Source: a virus (Duplodnaviria; Caudoviricetes). Taken from it: a stretch of 29,797 nucleotides of DNA. Below, one piece after another: positions 18,069 through 26,774 of the stretch (position 1 is the stretch's first letter; the number at the start of each line of letters is the position of its first letter). The translations under genes were made by a program, and so were the position numbers. The notes below the pieces were generated by a model that had not been told where the DNA came from, did not search any database, and worked only from the letters and a program-made list of their open reading frames with translations. The stretch is taken from IMG/VR virus record IMGVR_UViG_3300005512_000230, positions 1 through 29,797 of that record; one strand, written 5' to 3'.

Positions 18069-18344
18069 TTACAACTCATAGCCACGCTTTCTATCTTCTT
18101 CTGTTTTCGGCTCTAGAAAAGAAGTATTATATTTATTTACAATGGTGAGTTTTTCCTTTCCAAAGGCTCTTTTCTCGTCTACCCATTCACCAATTGATTC
18201 AATATAATATTCATATTTATCCATTTTCTCATGACCGAAATGAAAATGATCAGGGAAATGAACATAAATTTCGTCAAGTATCATTGGATTAAAATCAGTA
18301 GCAAATCCAATCATATCATGATTTTCTTTCTCACGAATTTTCAT
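18069..18344 (-). CDS. Hypothetical protein (91 aa)
   Basis: GGAGG RBS; overlaps the upstream gene. Confidence 0.6.
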   Translation of the reverse strand: MKIREKENHDMIGFATDFNPMILDEIYVHFPDHFHFGHEKMDKYEYYIESIGEWVDEKRAFGKEKLTIVNKYNTSFLEPKTEEDRKRGYEL

Positions 18345-18660
18345 TTACTTTTGCCTCCACGAAAAGTCCCTCAAGTAAATGAAAGTAATTTTGAGCGTCT
18401 CCAATCTTTTCATTGATTTGTTCTTTTGAAGGATAGATATCTTTTGCAGTATCATCAACCATATCTTTAATTGATATTAAATGCTTCGTAAGCATGCTCC
18501 ACAATTCTTGTGAGGCTGTTCGTTCATTCATAGCAGCTGCTCGATAAAAATTATGCAAACGATCATTGTTACGTTCATACTCAGCACCTTTGACAACGAG
18601 TGTTGCATCAGTATGTTTTTGACGTTCTTTCACAAGTTTTTTGAATTCACGCTGATTCAT
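18331..18660 (-). CDS. MazG-like all-alpha nucleotide pyrophosphatase-fold protein (Nmad1/DUF1599-like)
   Basis: KGAEY...DRLHNF...KHL..I...EKIGDAQNYF pattern. Confidence 0.65.
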   Translation of the reverse strand: MNQREFKKLVKERQKHTDATLVVKGAEYERNNDRLHNFYRAAAMNERTASQELWSMLTKHLISIKDMVDDTAKDIYPSKEQINEKIGDAQNYFHLLEGLFVEAKVNENS

Positions 18661-18691
18661 ATTTGCTCCTTGGGAAAAATTAAAAATGTTT

Positions 18692-18705
18692 GTTCATATT
18701 TGAAC
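18692..18705. promoter_or_regulatory. Palindromic site GTTCA-N4-TGAAC, copy 2
   Basis: GTTCATATTTGAAC followed by G-GCAAGTT, nearly the same flank as copy 1 (G-TCAAGTT). Confidence 0.6.
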
Positions 18706-18722
18706 GGCAAGTTTTAAAGATA

Positions 18723-18860
18723 AGGGCAGTTTAACCACATGCCCTAGAAAGGTGGCGGTAACGAGGTAAAGCGACCAAGCCATTTCGTTACCATCGGTCA
18801 CAGATCCCCATCTGCTCCTATCTAGAAAGCCCACACAAGGAATTTAATCCAAGGTGGGCT
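18723..18860 (-). ncRNA. Candidate structured RNA (four hairpins, possible pseudoknot)
   Basis: GC-rich intergenic island with stems AGGGCA/TGCCCT, GGTAACGA/TCGTTACC, CAGAT/ATCTG and AGCCCAC/GTGGGCT. Confidence 0.45.
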
Positions 18861-18888
18861 ATCAAGCGTTATGTTTATTTTTTCTTAA

Positions 18889-19311
18889 CTATACAACACG
18901 TAAAATCTCATTTCGTGGTTGACCTACTTTGATTGTATTACCATCATCATCAGTATCCATTCCATCATTGTAACCTACATCGGCAGTAAACTCAACACCA
19001 ACAAGATCGCTTTCGTCGGTTTCTTCTTCTGGATCAAGACCAATGGCGCTGACAAAGTCTTTAACCATACGCCACATCATATTGTTCTTTTCTTCATCAT
19101 CTGCTTGATAATCTTTGTAATTACCATACCAAAGAGTGTGAAAAATTGTATCTGCATTATCTTCACCTTCGATTTCAATCATCATCATACAACCATATCT
19201 GCCTGTACGTTTTGATTTTGTCTCTTTGACTTTAGTAATTCGCAGATCATACTCGCCAGCTTCAACGGGGGCAAGATCAGGGATTTCGGACAAACTTGGA
19301 ATCATACTCAT
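18889..19311 (-). CDS. DUF669-like single-stranded DNA-binding protein
   Basis: DLAPVEAGEYDLRITKVKETKSK.G..M..IEI, DLVG.EF, RNEI; acidic; lies beside an AAA_24 ATPase. Confidence 0.75.
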   Translation of the reverse strand: MSMIPSLSEIPDLAPVEAGEYDLRITKVKETKSKRTGRYGCMMMIEIEGEDNADTIFHTLWYGNYKDYQADDEEKNNMMWRMVKDFVSAIGLDPEEETDESDLVGVEFTADVGYNDGMDTDDDGNTIKVGQPRNEILRVV

Positions 19312-19474
19312 AATAATTCTCCTATTAAGGATTTGATTAATAAAACAAGCTCATTGGCGAACTTGTTCAGTGAAAAATAAAATCATAATTGTTTAATGAT
19401 AATTAATATTATCACAAAACAAATACATGCCATTATAAGATATAATGATTGATAAATTTCCATATAAATTTTAC

Positions 19475-19666
19475 TTACTCAATGAAATCATATTTCTGAG
19501 TTAATTCTTGCACAACACCGTTTAATAATGGATTTGATGCAAGATTGATAATCATAATACGTACATTACCTTTGTCATGTATACCTTCAGACATTGAGTT
19601 GGCTAATTGTTTTGTTAAAGAAAGATCGTCAGCATCATAAATTATTAATCTTGCCACACGAGCCAT
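19475..19666 (-). CDS. Hypothetical protein
   Basis: Likely start MARVAR with a strong GAGGAGGT RBS. Confidence 0.6.
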   Translation of the reverse strand: MARVARLIIYDADDLSLTKQLANSMSEGIHDKGNVRIMIINLASNPLLNGVVQELTQKYDFIE

Positions 19667-19679
19667 TGTGATACCTCCT

Positions 19680-20483
19680 CTATGTAATAACTGTTTTGCC
19701 TGCAAGATAAGCATTTGCAAGCTGGGTCATGGTAATGTCTTGTACTTTTGGCATATCAAACACTCGTGATTTAGCTTCAAACGCCAGCTTTTCTGTAAAA
19801 TAAATTGTACGTTTACTGCCTTGGGTTGTCAGCAGATAAGCCTCATCAAAATCACATGCGAGAAGCTGTCTGAACTGGCCATTAACAGCAGGATATCGGG
19901 CGACTACTTCTTGATCTGAATTCATCAAAGTATGTAAATGCACTGTCACTGCAACTGCGCAAGGAAGTTCTTGTAGTGCACTGACAAGGGTAGTCATCCA
20001 GTTTAACAGTTGGCCCCAATGAGGAGGAGCCATACCTTTTTTCATATCAATTTTCTGTCCAATACCTGAAGGTACAACATTTGCTTTTTTTGCAATTTCT
20101 GTAATTGCTTTTTGATTTGCATTGGTTAATGAGTCAAGCACAAGCAAACCAGACGTTTCCGCAAGATGATCAAAGAAACCACTCTTTTCATCTTCCTGAA
20201 ATTGCTTCCAAAAATCAGAGAACAATATATCAGACGATGAAAAATTATCTAAAGTAATATCAGACCGTTTTGCAGTAATTTTTTCTACTGTTTTTTCACC
20301 TCCTCTATCAAACATATAATAATGAATCGGGCCATTGTCATACGTTGCTGTAAAATGAGTTTTGCCAGAACCAGAATTACCAGTAAGAAGAAATTTTAAA
20401 TTGAATTTCTTTGTACGTTGCTTGAGTGGAACCTTATTAAAAGCTGGTATGGATGCTTTAACTATTTTATTAGTTGTTTGCAT
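19680..20483 (-). CDS. AAA_24 / Sak4-like ATPase (phage recombination/annealing)
   Basis: GNSGSGKT, FDRG, LVLDSLT, HWG, VTVHL, CDFDE, AKSR. Confidence 0.8.
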   Translation of the reverse strand: MQTTNKIVKASIPAFNKVPLKQRTKKFNLKFLLTGNSGSGKTHFTATYDNGPIHYYMFDRGGEKTVEKITAKRSDITLDNFSSSDILFSDFWKQFQEDEKSGFFDHLAETSGLLVLDSLTNANQKAITEIAKKANVVPSGIGQKIDMKKGMAPPHWGQLLNWMTTLVSALQELPCAVAVTVHLHTLMNSDQEVVARYPAVNGQFRQLLACDFDEAYLLTTQGSKRTIYFTEKLAFEAKSRVFDMPKVQDITMTQLANAYLAGKTVIT

Positions 20484-20486
20484 TTC

Positions 20487-21158
20487 TTATCTCCCTGCAT
20501 CTTGTTTTGCAGCAACTTCGAGAGTTGGATTATATCGACCAAGAATGTAATCAGGGCGACGTTGATCTGGTTGAACACAAACAGCAATGATTCGCCAACC
20601 ATTATTAAGTTCAGTTTGTAATACATCAGTACAAACATTTTCTTTAAGCATCAGATCATTATAAGTAGTTATTAATCCTCCGCCAACATGCACATTTGTT
20701 TTCTTATTAAAGGTATTGCGTGTGACATTTTCGACGAGTTGTTCAAGCATTGTTGATTTATTTTCAAGATGCTGCATAATACTTTCAATGTTTTCAAGTA
20801 TTGGTTGAGAAGCAACTGACTCAATGATGCTAAATGGATATTTGCATTTTGGAGCAAAGATTGTAAAATTGACAAGATGTCCTTCTTTCTCAACACATAC
20901 ATAGTCATTTTCCGATTCATATCGATCAAAAAGATAATAAAATTCTTTTATAATACCTTTGGCAAGATCAGCTTGATTTCGATAATACTTACCATCCTGT
21001 TCAATGCACTCATCTTTAAAATATTCATAAGATGCTAATCGTTTTATTTCGTTATCACGAATACCTATTCTTGCCGTTTCCACATATTTTAAATCAAGAC
21101 TTTCAGCCTCTTTTTTAGGAATAATTAATTCCTTTTCGAATTTAATTAATGAAATCAT
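20487..21158 (-). CDS. Conserved phage hypothetical protein (223 aa)
   Basis: AAGGAG RBS; C-terminal CTD.LQ..L..GWRIIAVC.QPDQRRPDYILGR block. Confidence 0.65.
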   Translation of the reverse strand: MISLIKFEKELIIPKKEAESLDLKYVETARIGIRDNEIKRLASYEYFKDECIEQDGKYYRNQADLAKGIIKEFYYLFDRYESENDYVCVEKEGHLVNFTIFAPKCKYPFSIIESVASQPILENIESIMQHLENKSTMLEQLVENVTRNTFNKKTNVHVGGGLITTYNDLMLKENVCTDVLQTELNNGWRIIAVCVQPDQRRPDYILGRYNPTLEVAAKQDAGR

Positions 21159-21219
21159 ATTTTTGCTCCTTAGAGTAGAATTTTTCTAGTCTATTTATTT
21201 GTATCTATTTAAAACTTCT

Positions 21220-21423
21220 TTAAATGATAGATTTTCCAGCTATTCCAGCTAAATATAGTGTATTTCTACACTTATAATAAGCTAAATCTGATTTTCTTTT
21301 GCTTCCATCTTTTAAGATCGTTTCTCCATACTTAATAATATGAATATCATTACAATGTGGACAGGAAATAGTTTCTTTTATAGGAGGACATTTTTCAAGT
21401 TCTACATTACTTATAGAAAACAT
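21220..21423 (-). CDS. Small Zn-ribbon-like protein
   Basis: CPHC...H...YYKC...YLAGI.GK; GGAGG RBS. Confidence 0.6.
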   Translation of the reverse strand: MFSISNVELEKCPPIKETISCPHCNDIHIIKYGETILKDGSKRKSDLAYYKCRNTLYLAGIAGKSII

Positions 21424-21425
21424 CT

Positions 21426-22427
21426 TTACACCTCCGTAGCTTCTGCTAAACGATTTTTAATGTTTTGCTCATGTAAATCTGGGTCCCATTCTTCGTGCTT
21501 GTATCCTTGCGGTGCTTTATCAAACCAAGCAAGAGGATTATTACGCAATTTACATAAGTCATAATAAGGACATTGAGTAAAGAAACTTGTACAAGCATTT
21601 CCTGGACAGCGATGAAACGATTGTAAAATATCAGTTCGACTTGTACAGTTTTCACGATCTTTTTCAAGCCAATCAAGGTCGGTAAGAATTGCGTCAATAT
21701 ATTGAGTCAAATTAACAAGAAAATGGTCAATAGACGCAGCACGTTTATTAACTGTTAAAGGATGAAAATCAATTGCATTTTTTTGGCAAAGTGCTATTCG
21801 GTAAGTGATTGACGGAGTAGTATCATAAAATAACCTGCCAGCAGTCAAGTAACCATCAGTCTGAAAACTTGACTCGAAAATTTGTGGTGATACTTTATAT
21901 ACTGCTTTCGCAGTCTTATGGTCAATAATCTCAATTCCATTGTTTGGTGCAGAAAGAATTAAATCGATTCGACCAATATAATTTGGAAAATCATCTCTAT
22001 AACTACTTAAATCAATTGCAAAAGGTGCTTCAACAGCAACAACTTTTCGCTCATGATCTGTATCTATTGTAAGATGTCTTTCCCAATACACTTTATACAT
22101 ATTAGCGGCATGTCCAGGTGATTTAGGAAAAATCATATCTTCATCTTTCCAATGAGGCGCACCATCAAGTTCCCATAAAGCATTAAAAGCTTTAACAGAT
22201 ATGATAGTTAAGTCCATCACAGACAAATCACTTGAACCTTTACTTTGTTGTTGGGATTGTATTTCTAGGTAGGCTTTTTCAAGACCATAGTGCCAGCAAG
22301 ATCCAAAAACTAGATGGATACTTTTACCCTGGCCTCTAAGGTGCATTACATATTGGAATAAAAACTTACGAGGGCAATCCATGTAAGTACTGAGACTTGA
22401 ATAATCTATTTTTTCTCGATAATTCAT
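21426..22427 (-). CDS. PD-(D/E)XK nuclease (RecB/Cas4-like exonuclease)
   Basis: YSSL..Y..CPRK, FGSCWH, VEAPF, GRIDL, IIDHKT, Q..GY, C-terminal C..C.Y..LC cluster. Confidence 0.9.
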   Translation of the reverse strand: MNYREKIDYSSLSTYMDCPRKFLFQYVMHLRGQGKSIHLVFGSCWHYGLEKAYLEIQSQQQSKGSSDLSVMDLTIISVKAFNALWELDGAPHWKDEDMIFPKSPGHAANMYKVYWERHLTIDTDHERKVVAVEAPFAIDLSSYRDDFPNYIGRIDLILSAPNNGIEIIDHKTAKAVYKVSPQIFESSFQTDGYLTAGRLFYDTTPSITYRIALCQKNAIDFHPLTVNKRAASIDHFLVNLTQYIDAILTDLDWLEKDRENCTSRTDILQSFHRCPGNACTSFFTQCPYYDLCKLRNNPLAWFDKAPQGYKHEEWDPDLHEQNIKNRLAEATEV

Positions 22428-22458
22428 AAAAATCCTTTATGATTGAGAATTTAAGATA

Positions 22459-22531
22459 AAAAATCAAGAGAAGCATCAGGGGGGGAGTAATTCCAAAGTA
22501 ATTACAAACTCAAGCACTTCTCTTGATTTTT
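22459..22531. repeat. 15-bp inverted repeat with a 43-nt loop (terminator/attenuator-like)
   Basis: AAAAATCAAGAGAAG / CTTCTCTTGATTTTT; the loop contains a G7 run. Confidence 0.55.
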
Positions 22532-22561
22532 ATTTACATGCAAATAACTTTGTTACACCGG

Positions 22562-22924
22562 TTATGCGTTGTTGAAATTCGCAAGAACTGCTTCACGTAC
22601 TTCTGGAGGCAGATTTCCAAGAGCTTCGAGAGCTTTCTCTTCCGCAGTTTTTGTAATACGCAGGGTTGGTTTCCAGTCAGAGAAATCTTCAGCAAGAAGA
22701 GCATCGTCAGTATTGACAAATTCCTCATTATCATCAACTTCCTCGAGCTTGCGGCGAATCACAGCACGAAAGGAAACTTTGAGCTGGTTCTTAACCATAT
22801 TTACTACCAGATCTTCGCCAAGAGTCTCTGCCATAACAGCAAGATCAGTAATTCCAAGAACTGCTGGCTCTTGAACGGTAATATCACGACCTTTTGCATT
22901 TGATACCACTTTAATCATACTCAT
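22562..22924 (-). CDS. Hypothetical protein (120 aa), probably highly expressed
   Basis: AGGAG RBS, own consensus promoter, downstream hairpin. Confidence 0.8.
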   Translation of the reverse strand: MSMIKVVSNAKGRDITVQEPAVLGITDLAVMAETLGEDLVVNMVKNQLKVSFRAVIRRKLEEVDDNEEFVNTDDALLAEDFSDWKPTLRITKTAEEKALEALGNLPPEVREAVLANFNNA

Positions 22925-23007
22925 AATTTAACGCTCCTATAATAAGGATTAATAAATGGGCGAAAATGCCCGACAAGTTTGCACCGGAATTTCCGGCTAT
23001 GTAAGCT

Positions 23008-23036
23008 ATTTTACCACACCATGACGGGGTTGTCAA
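23008..23036 (-). promoter_or_regulatory. Sigma70-type promoter
   Basis: TTGACA-17 nt-TAAAAT with extended -10 TG; A-tracts upstream (23041-23096). Confidence 0.85.
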
Positions 23037-23116
23037 TAGCTTTTTTCGTTTTTTTGCGCCTTCGTTTCTTTTTTTGTCCTTTTTGCGTTTTTTCTTGTAA
23101 ACGCTTTTATGAACAT

Positions 23117-23299
23117 CTATTTAAGCACCTGCGCCTTGATAATATGTGCTAATGTTGCAATAGCAGCACCTTGATTACCAAAATATTCAGCTACTGTTTT
23201 GCCATCAAATCCCTCAAACTTACGAGCATCATTAGCCATATCTTGTGCAATCATCTCACATATTTTAATTGCTTTCTCTTTATTGTGAATTGGAGGCAT
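23117..23299 (-). CDS. Hypothetical protein (60 aa)
   Basis: AAGGAG RBS; compact helical ORF. Confidence 0.65.
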   Translation of the reverse strand: MPPIHNKEKAIKICEMIAQDMANDARKFEGFDGKTVAEYFGNQGAAIATLAHIIKAQVLK

Positions 23300-23313
23300 T
23301 ATTCAAACTCCTT

Positions 23314-24840
23314 TTAAAATGGCACATCAGATTTAAGTTCTGCGATAGGCTTATCTTTAACTTGATTAGTTGCTTGTTCTACTTGATACTTTTCATACTG
23401 TAATCTTTTAGCAAGATCAAATGAGGCATGACTTGCTGCTTGACATTGACTTAAATCAAGGGTATGCAAGGCTCGACTGGCAGCAACATAGAGGATGTTA
23501 GTATCTTCCTCTGTAGGCAATCCTTCCAATGTAGGTATTTTGAAATCATTTGCCAGGCGCACACTTGACCACTCAAGACCTTTACTTTTATGTGCAGTTG
23601 TTATTGTTATTTCTGCATCTGTAGCATTTTGTTTAGTGCTATTTAAAATACCTAACAATCTTTCTCTACCATAAGATTCTATTAGCTTGAGAACTGGTTT
23701 TAAATCACCTCCCATTGGCGAATTAGCATAATCTTTAAGCTCCGTGAAATTATTAAAGAGAAATAAATCAGGGTGATTAGTAAAACCCTTAATTTTTAAC
23801 TGTTCAATTGAGTTAATCAGATAGCCTAATGGCTGTGTACCACCAAGAATATGCACAGTATGATTAGCATCAAGTTGGCCAATTGTTTCTGCAATAACAC
23901 CTTTGTTTGTGCGACAAATAATGCAATCAGGCTTACCGAGTGGACTATACGTTACTGTTGATTCTACTGTTGGATTACCCTTAAAAGGTTTATATTGAAA
24001 ATCGTGAGGATAATACGATTGAATAATCTGATTTGATAGTTGCGCAATAGCATCACCGAAACGAAAACTTTGCGTAATGTATAATTTTGTCAATGATTCA
24101 TCTTGTAAAGCATTTACTGCTCCACGCCAAGCATATATTTGTTGAAATTGATCGCCGACAAATATTTTTTGACATTTTTGTGCTTTGATAACTTGTGCAA
24201 TAACCGGATTGCTATCTTGATATTCATCAAAGAAAATATAATCTTTATATATGATTGGTTTGCTTAACGCCCATAGTTTAAGATAAACATCATGAGTGAT
24301 GCTAAGATCAGCTGATTGATCTGCCATTTTGTCAAAGATTTCCTGTGATTGCTCTAGCAAATCTATTTGCATTTTCTCAAGCTTGCTATCATCAATCATA
24401 GGAAGTTGTGGCAGATGCTTTTTCTTAAATACTCTATCAGCAGAATAACAGTATTTACGAATAGTATTGAGAATCAAATAACCTTTATTCGCTGGGCTAT
24501 TATAAATATCCCACGGGCCAATATCTTGTGTATCAGCAAGATGCTGTCCTGTTAACTTTTTGAGACGTTTTTTGTATTTATAACCAACCGCACCATAAGC
24601 GAGTGAATGACCAGTTTTGCATTGTGTTGATTTAGAGAATTTTCGCTCAGCCTCAAGTGCAAGCAATTTGTTAAAACTGATACTCAAGCCATGCCCCTTC
24701 ATTTTGCGAGCTAAGGCTAATAGTAGGAATGTTTTGCCTGATCCTGGAGGGGCCTGAATTGCATAATCGTCACCATTTAAGATGGTTGTGATGTGCGATT
24801 CTTGCTCATCTGTTAGAGTTTTACCTTTGTATTTAATCAT
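23314..24840 (-). CDS. UvrD/Rep-like superfamily 1 helicase
   Basis: APPGSGKT, SFN, DEYQD, VGDQFQQIYAWRGA, QSFRFG, TAHKSKGLEW, LYVAASRA. Confidence 0.93.
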   Translation of the reverse strand: MIKYKGKTLTDEQESHITTILNGDDYAIQAPPGSGKTFLLLALARKMKGHGLSISFNKLLALEAERKFSKSTQCKTGHSLAYGAVGYKYKKRLKKLTGQHLADTQDIGPWDIYNSPANKGYLILNTIRKYCYSADRVFKKKHLPQLPMIDDSKLEKMQIDLLEQSQEIFDKMADQSADLSITHDVYLKLWALSKPIIYKDYIFFDEYQDSNPVIAQVIKAQKCQKIFVGDQFQQIYAWRGAVNALQDESLTKLYITQSFRFGDAIAQLSNQIIQSYYPHDFQYKPFKGNPTVESTVTYSPLGKPDCIICRTNKGVIAETIGQLDANHTVHILGGTQPLGYLINSIEQLKIKGFTNHPDLFLFNNFTELKDYANSPMGGDLKPVLKLIESYGRERLLGILNSTKQNATDAEITITTAHKSKGLEWSSVRLANDFKIPTLEGLPTEEDTNILYVAASRALHTLDLSQCQAASHASFDLAKRLQYEKYQVEQATNQVKDKPIAELKSDVPF

Positions 24841-24866
24841 AATGTACCTTTTTTATAATTTTTGTT

Positions 24867-25142
24867 TTATGGTTTGTCAGACCATTTTGTACAATCAGAT
24901 AGATCAACGCAAATTTCATATCCTTTTGACTGTTCGTGATCGCTAGTAAGACATATATAACCTAGTCTGCTTGCTCCTGTGCATCTCATGCGGATATTCT
25001 TATGTGTGCAGAAGAGTTTATGGTTTTTCATAAATTTACTGAAATCAGCTTTTAGTGCTGATGGTAGTCTAAAGTAATGAAGCATCCATCTTGCGTATTT
25101 TTCACGTCCATACATCCGATCTATAAAATAATCTACATGCAT
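24867..25142 (-). CDS. Conserved phage hypothetical protein (91 aa)
   Basis: KLFCT..R.TGASRLG..L...GY motif; GGAAGGA RBS. Confidence 0.65.
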   Translation of the reverse strand: MHVDYFIDRMYGREKYARWMLHYFRLPSALKADFSKFMKNHKLFCTHKNIRMRCTGASRLGYICLTSDHEQSKGYEICVDLSDCTKWSDKP

Positions 25143-25157
25143 AATATCCTTCCTATT

Positions 25158-25430
25158 TTATTGTTTGATCCAAGCGTCAAATGCTTCTTGACTTCCATGA
25201 CAGCTTATTGGTGTATGATTGACAAAGAAACCAACGTAAGCTGGTAAATTTTCGATGTTTTCATCATCTGCACGTGCACAAGCGCCAAATAGATCATTCT
25301 TTATTACTGATTGCAGAAATTGTCCAGGAGCAATGTGATTCTTCACATAAAGCTCTATGCTATACATCATTCTTGGTGGAATGTAAAATCCTCTGAAAGT
25401 ATATGTTGTTTTGCTATTGAAATCATACAT
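25158..25430 (-). CDS. Conserved phage hypothetical protein (90 aa)
   Basis: PG.FL.SV..NDL.GA..RAD..N...P...HGS motif; AAGGAG RBS. Confidence 0.7.
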   Translation of the reverse strand: MYDFNSKTTYTFRGFYIPPRMMYSIELYVKNHIAPGQFLQSVIKNDLFGACARADDENIENLPAYVGFFVNHTPISCHGSQEAFDAWIKQ

Positions 25431-25619
25431 TATTTTGCTCCTTAAATGTTGGATAAACTAGCTGATAACTGTGAATACCATAAGATGTTCCAAGATTGAA
25501 TTTAAAACATCCTTCTGATATTTCTTCAATGAAATTATGATCTTTGCTGGCTCTCTCGGCCCAAAAGGCAAGAGCACTTTCCCATATATAATTATATATT
25601 TCGGTGCTGATTAAGGCAT
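25423..25619 (-). pseudogene. Start-less 63-codon reading frame (frameshifted or interrupted gene)
   Basis: LISTEIYNYIWESALAFWAERAS...PTFKEQNNV is open from 25614 to 25423; the nearest ATG (25619) is one base out of frame. Confidence 0.45.
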
Positions 25620-25621
25620 AA

Positions 25622-26440
25622 TTACCTTTTTGGACTGGTAGAACCTTTTTTGTTAATATTTATGACTGTGCAAATTCTTTCGACAGCTGACTTTGATAAC
25701 TTGGGGTAGGTTTTAGCCAACCATTTTTCAATATTTCTTTTGTGGCCATATTTTTCATTCAAGCCTTCATCAGTTTTGTAAATAGCTTTCCAGGCTTGTA
25801 ATGCAATTTTTAGTTCGTCGCTCACTTTCACTTTATCATCGTCGAAATTAATTTGAATGACATTATCGTTATTATCAGTTTCTCTTGGTGTGTCGATCTT
25901 TTCATTTTCAATTTTTACCGATTTTGTCAGCCCATCTTTGGAATAATCACTGCACCAAAAATACTTCGAATCGCCAGATGACGGATTGTTTTTACTGAAT
26001 TCTAACCTAGATGGTATTTTAAAATCTGTTTTTTTCTTTATGAAATCAAGGAATTCAAATGGTTTGACCTTAAGATAAGCGTAGCAATAGTACCAGTGGT
26101 TTGATACTGTTTTTTTTATATCACTGTTTCTGTACTTTAATTTTCGTTCTTTATAATCTCCTTCAACTGTCAAAGACTTATTAATTGCCCTGGTGACTGT
26201 TTGATATTTTTTCCTATCTGTTAAAAATTCAATATCGAACAGTGAAGGAAACATGCTTTCTGATTTTTGATCTATTTCATTCGGAGCGATTAATAACTTT
26301 AACCCCTCATCAAGTGTCCAGTAATCTAATTTCTTGAAATGCTGATATGTTTCTATTTCCTCACTGTAAGAACTATTGAAAGGATTGCTAGTTGTCGTTT
26401 CTGGGTCTTGGATTGTTTCTTGATAAGTTTCGATTTTCAT
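25622..26440 (-). CDS. Hypothetical protein (~272 aa) resembling proteins of integrative elements
   Basis: YWTLDEGLKLL and ELKIALQAW...IEKWL...LSKSAVERICTVIN..KKG pattern; likely start MKIETY at 26440 (ATGA overlap). Confidence 0.6.
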   Translation of the reverse strand: MKIETYQETIQDPETTTSNPFNSSYSEEIETYQHFKKLDYWTLDEGLKLLIAPNEIDQKSESMFPSLFDIEFLTDRKKYQTVTRAINKSLTVEGDYKERKLKYRNSDIKKTVSNHWYYCYAYLKVKPFEFLDFIKKKTDFKIPSRLEFSKNNPSSGDSKYFWCSDYSKDGLTKSVKIENEKIDTPRETDNNDNVIQINFDDDKVKVSDELKIALQAWKAIYKTDEGLNEKYGHKRNIEKWLAKTYPKLSKSAVERICTVININKKGSTSPKR

Positions 26441-26547
26441 CTTGGTTGGCTCCATGATGTTTGTTGATCGTCATAATCCCATGAACCGGCAATACCAAAG
26501 ATTGTGCAAAGATAAAAAAAGAATGTAATTCTAATTATTGTTTTCAT
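26437..26547 (-). CDS. Small membrane peptide (36 aa)
   Basis: MKTIIRITFFFYLCTIFGIAGSWDYDDQQTSWSQPR; GGGGA RBS; stop overlaps the next ATG. Confidence 0.6.
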   Translation of the reverse strand: MKTIIRITFFFYLCTIFGIAGSWDYDDQQTSWSQPR

Positions 26548-26551
26548 TTTG

Positions 26552-26755
26552 TTATTCCCCAATTATCATGATAGATTCATCTGAGGGATCATGATTTGGA
26601 TTATCACAATTCATTATTGCTGCGTAGATTGCAAGACGGATGATTTGCGATTTTGTTGTTAAATGTAATGGATCAATTCCTTTTTTGATTAATCCGTCAC
26701 GGGCTTTTGCTAATTCATGAACAGTTAGTCTGGATGATACTGGAATGGTTTTCAT
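26552..26755 (-). CDS. Ribbon-helix-helix-like protein B
   Basis: IPVSSRLTVHELAKA...TKSQIIRLAIY; likely start at 26755 with AAGGA RBS. Confidence 0.55.
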   Translation of the reverse strand: MKTIPVSSRLTVHELAKARDGLIKKGIDPLHLTTKSQIIRLAIYAAIMNCDNPNHDPSDESIMIIGE

Positions 26756-26774
26756 GATGTTTTCCTTTGATTGA

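Noticed and set aside
21426-22427. CRISPR-Cas interpretation of the Cas4-like nuclease
   Set aside because: No repeat-spacer array or other cas genes seen; the context is phage recombination.
5391-22737. Alternative-frame - strand ORFs nested in larger genes (5391, 10744, 14830, 20672, 21446, 22534)
   Set aside because: Out-of-frame overlaps with motif-bearing CDSs and no independent support.
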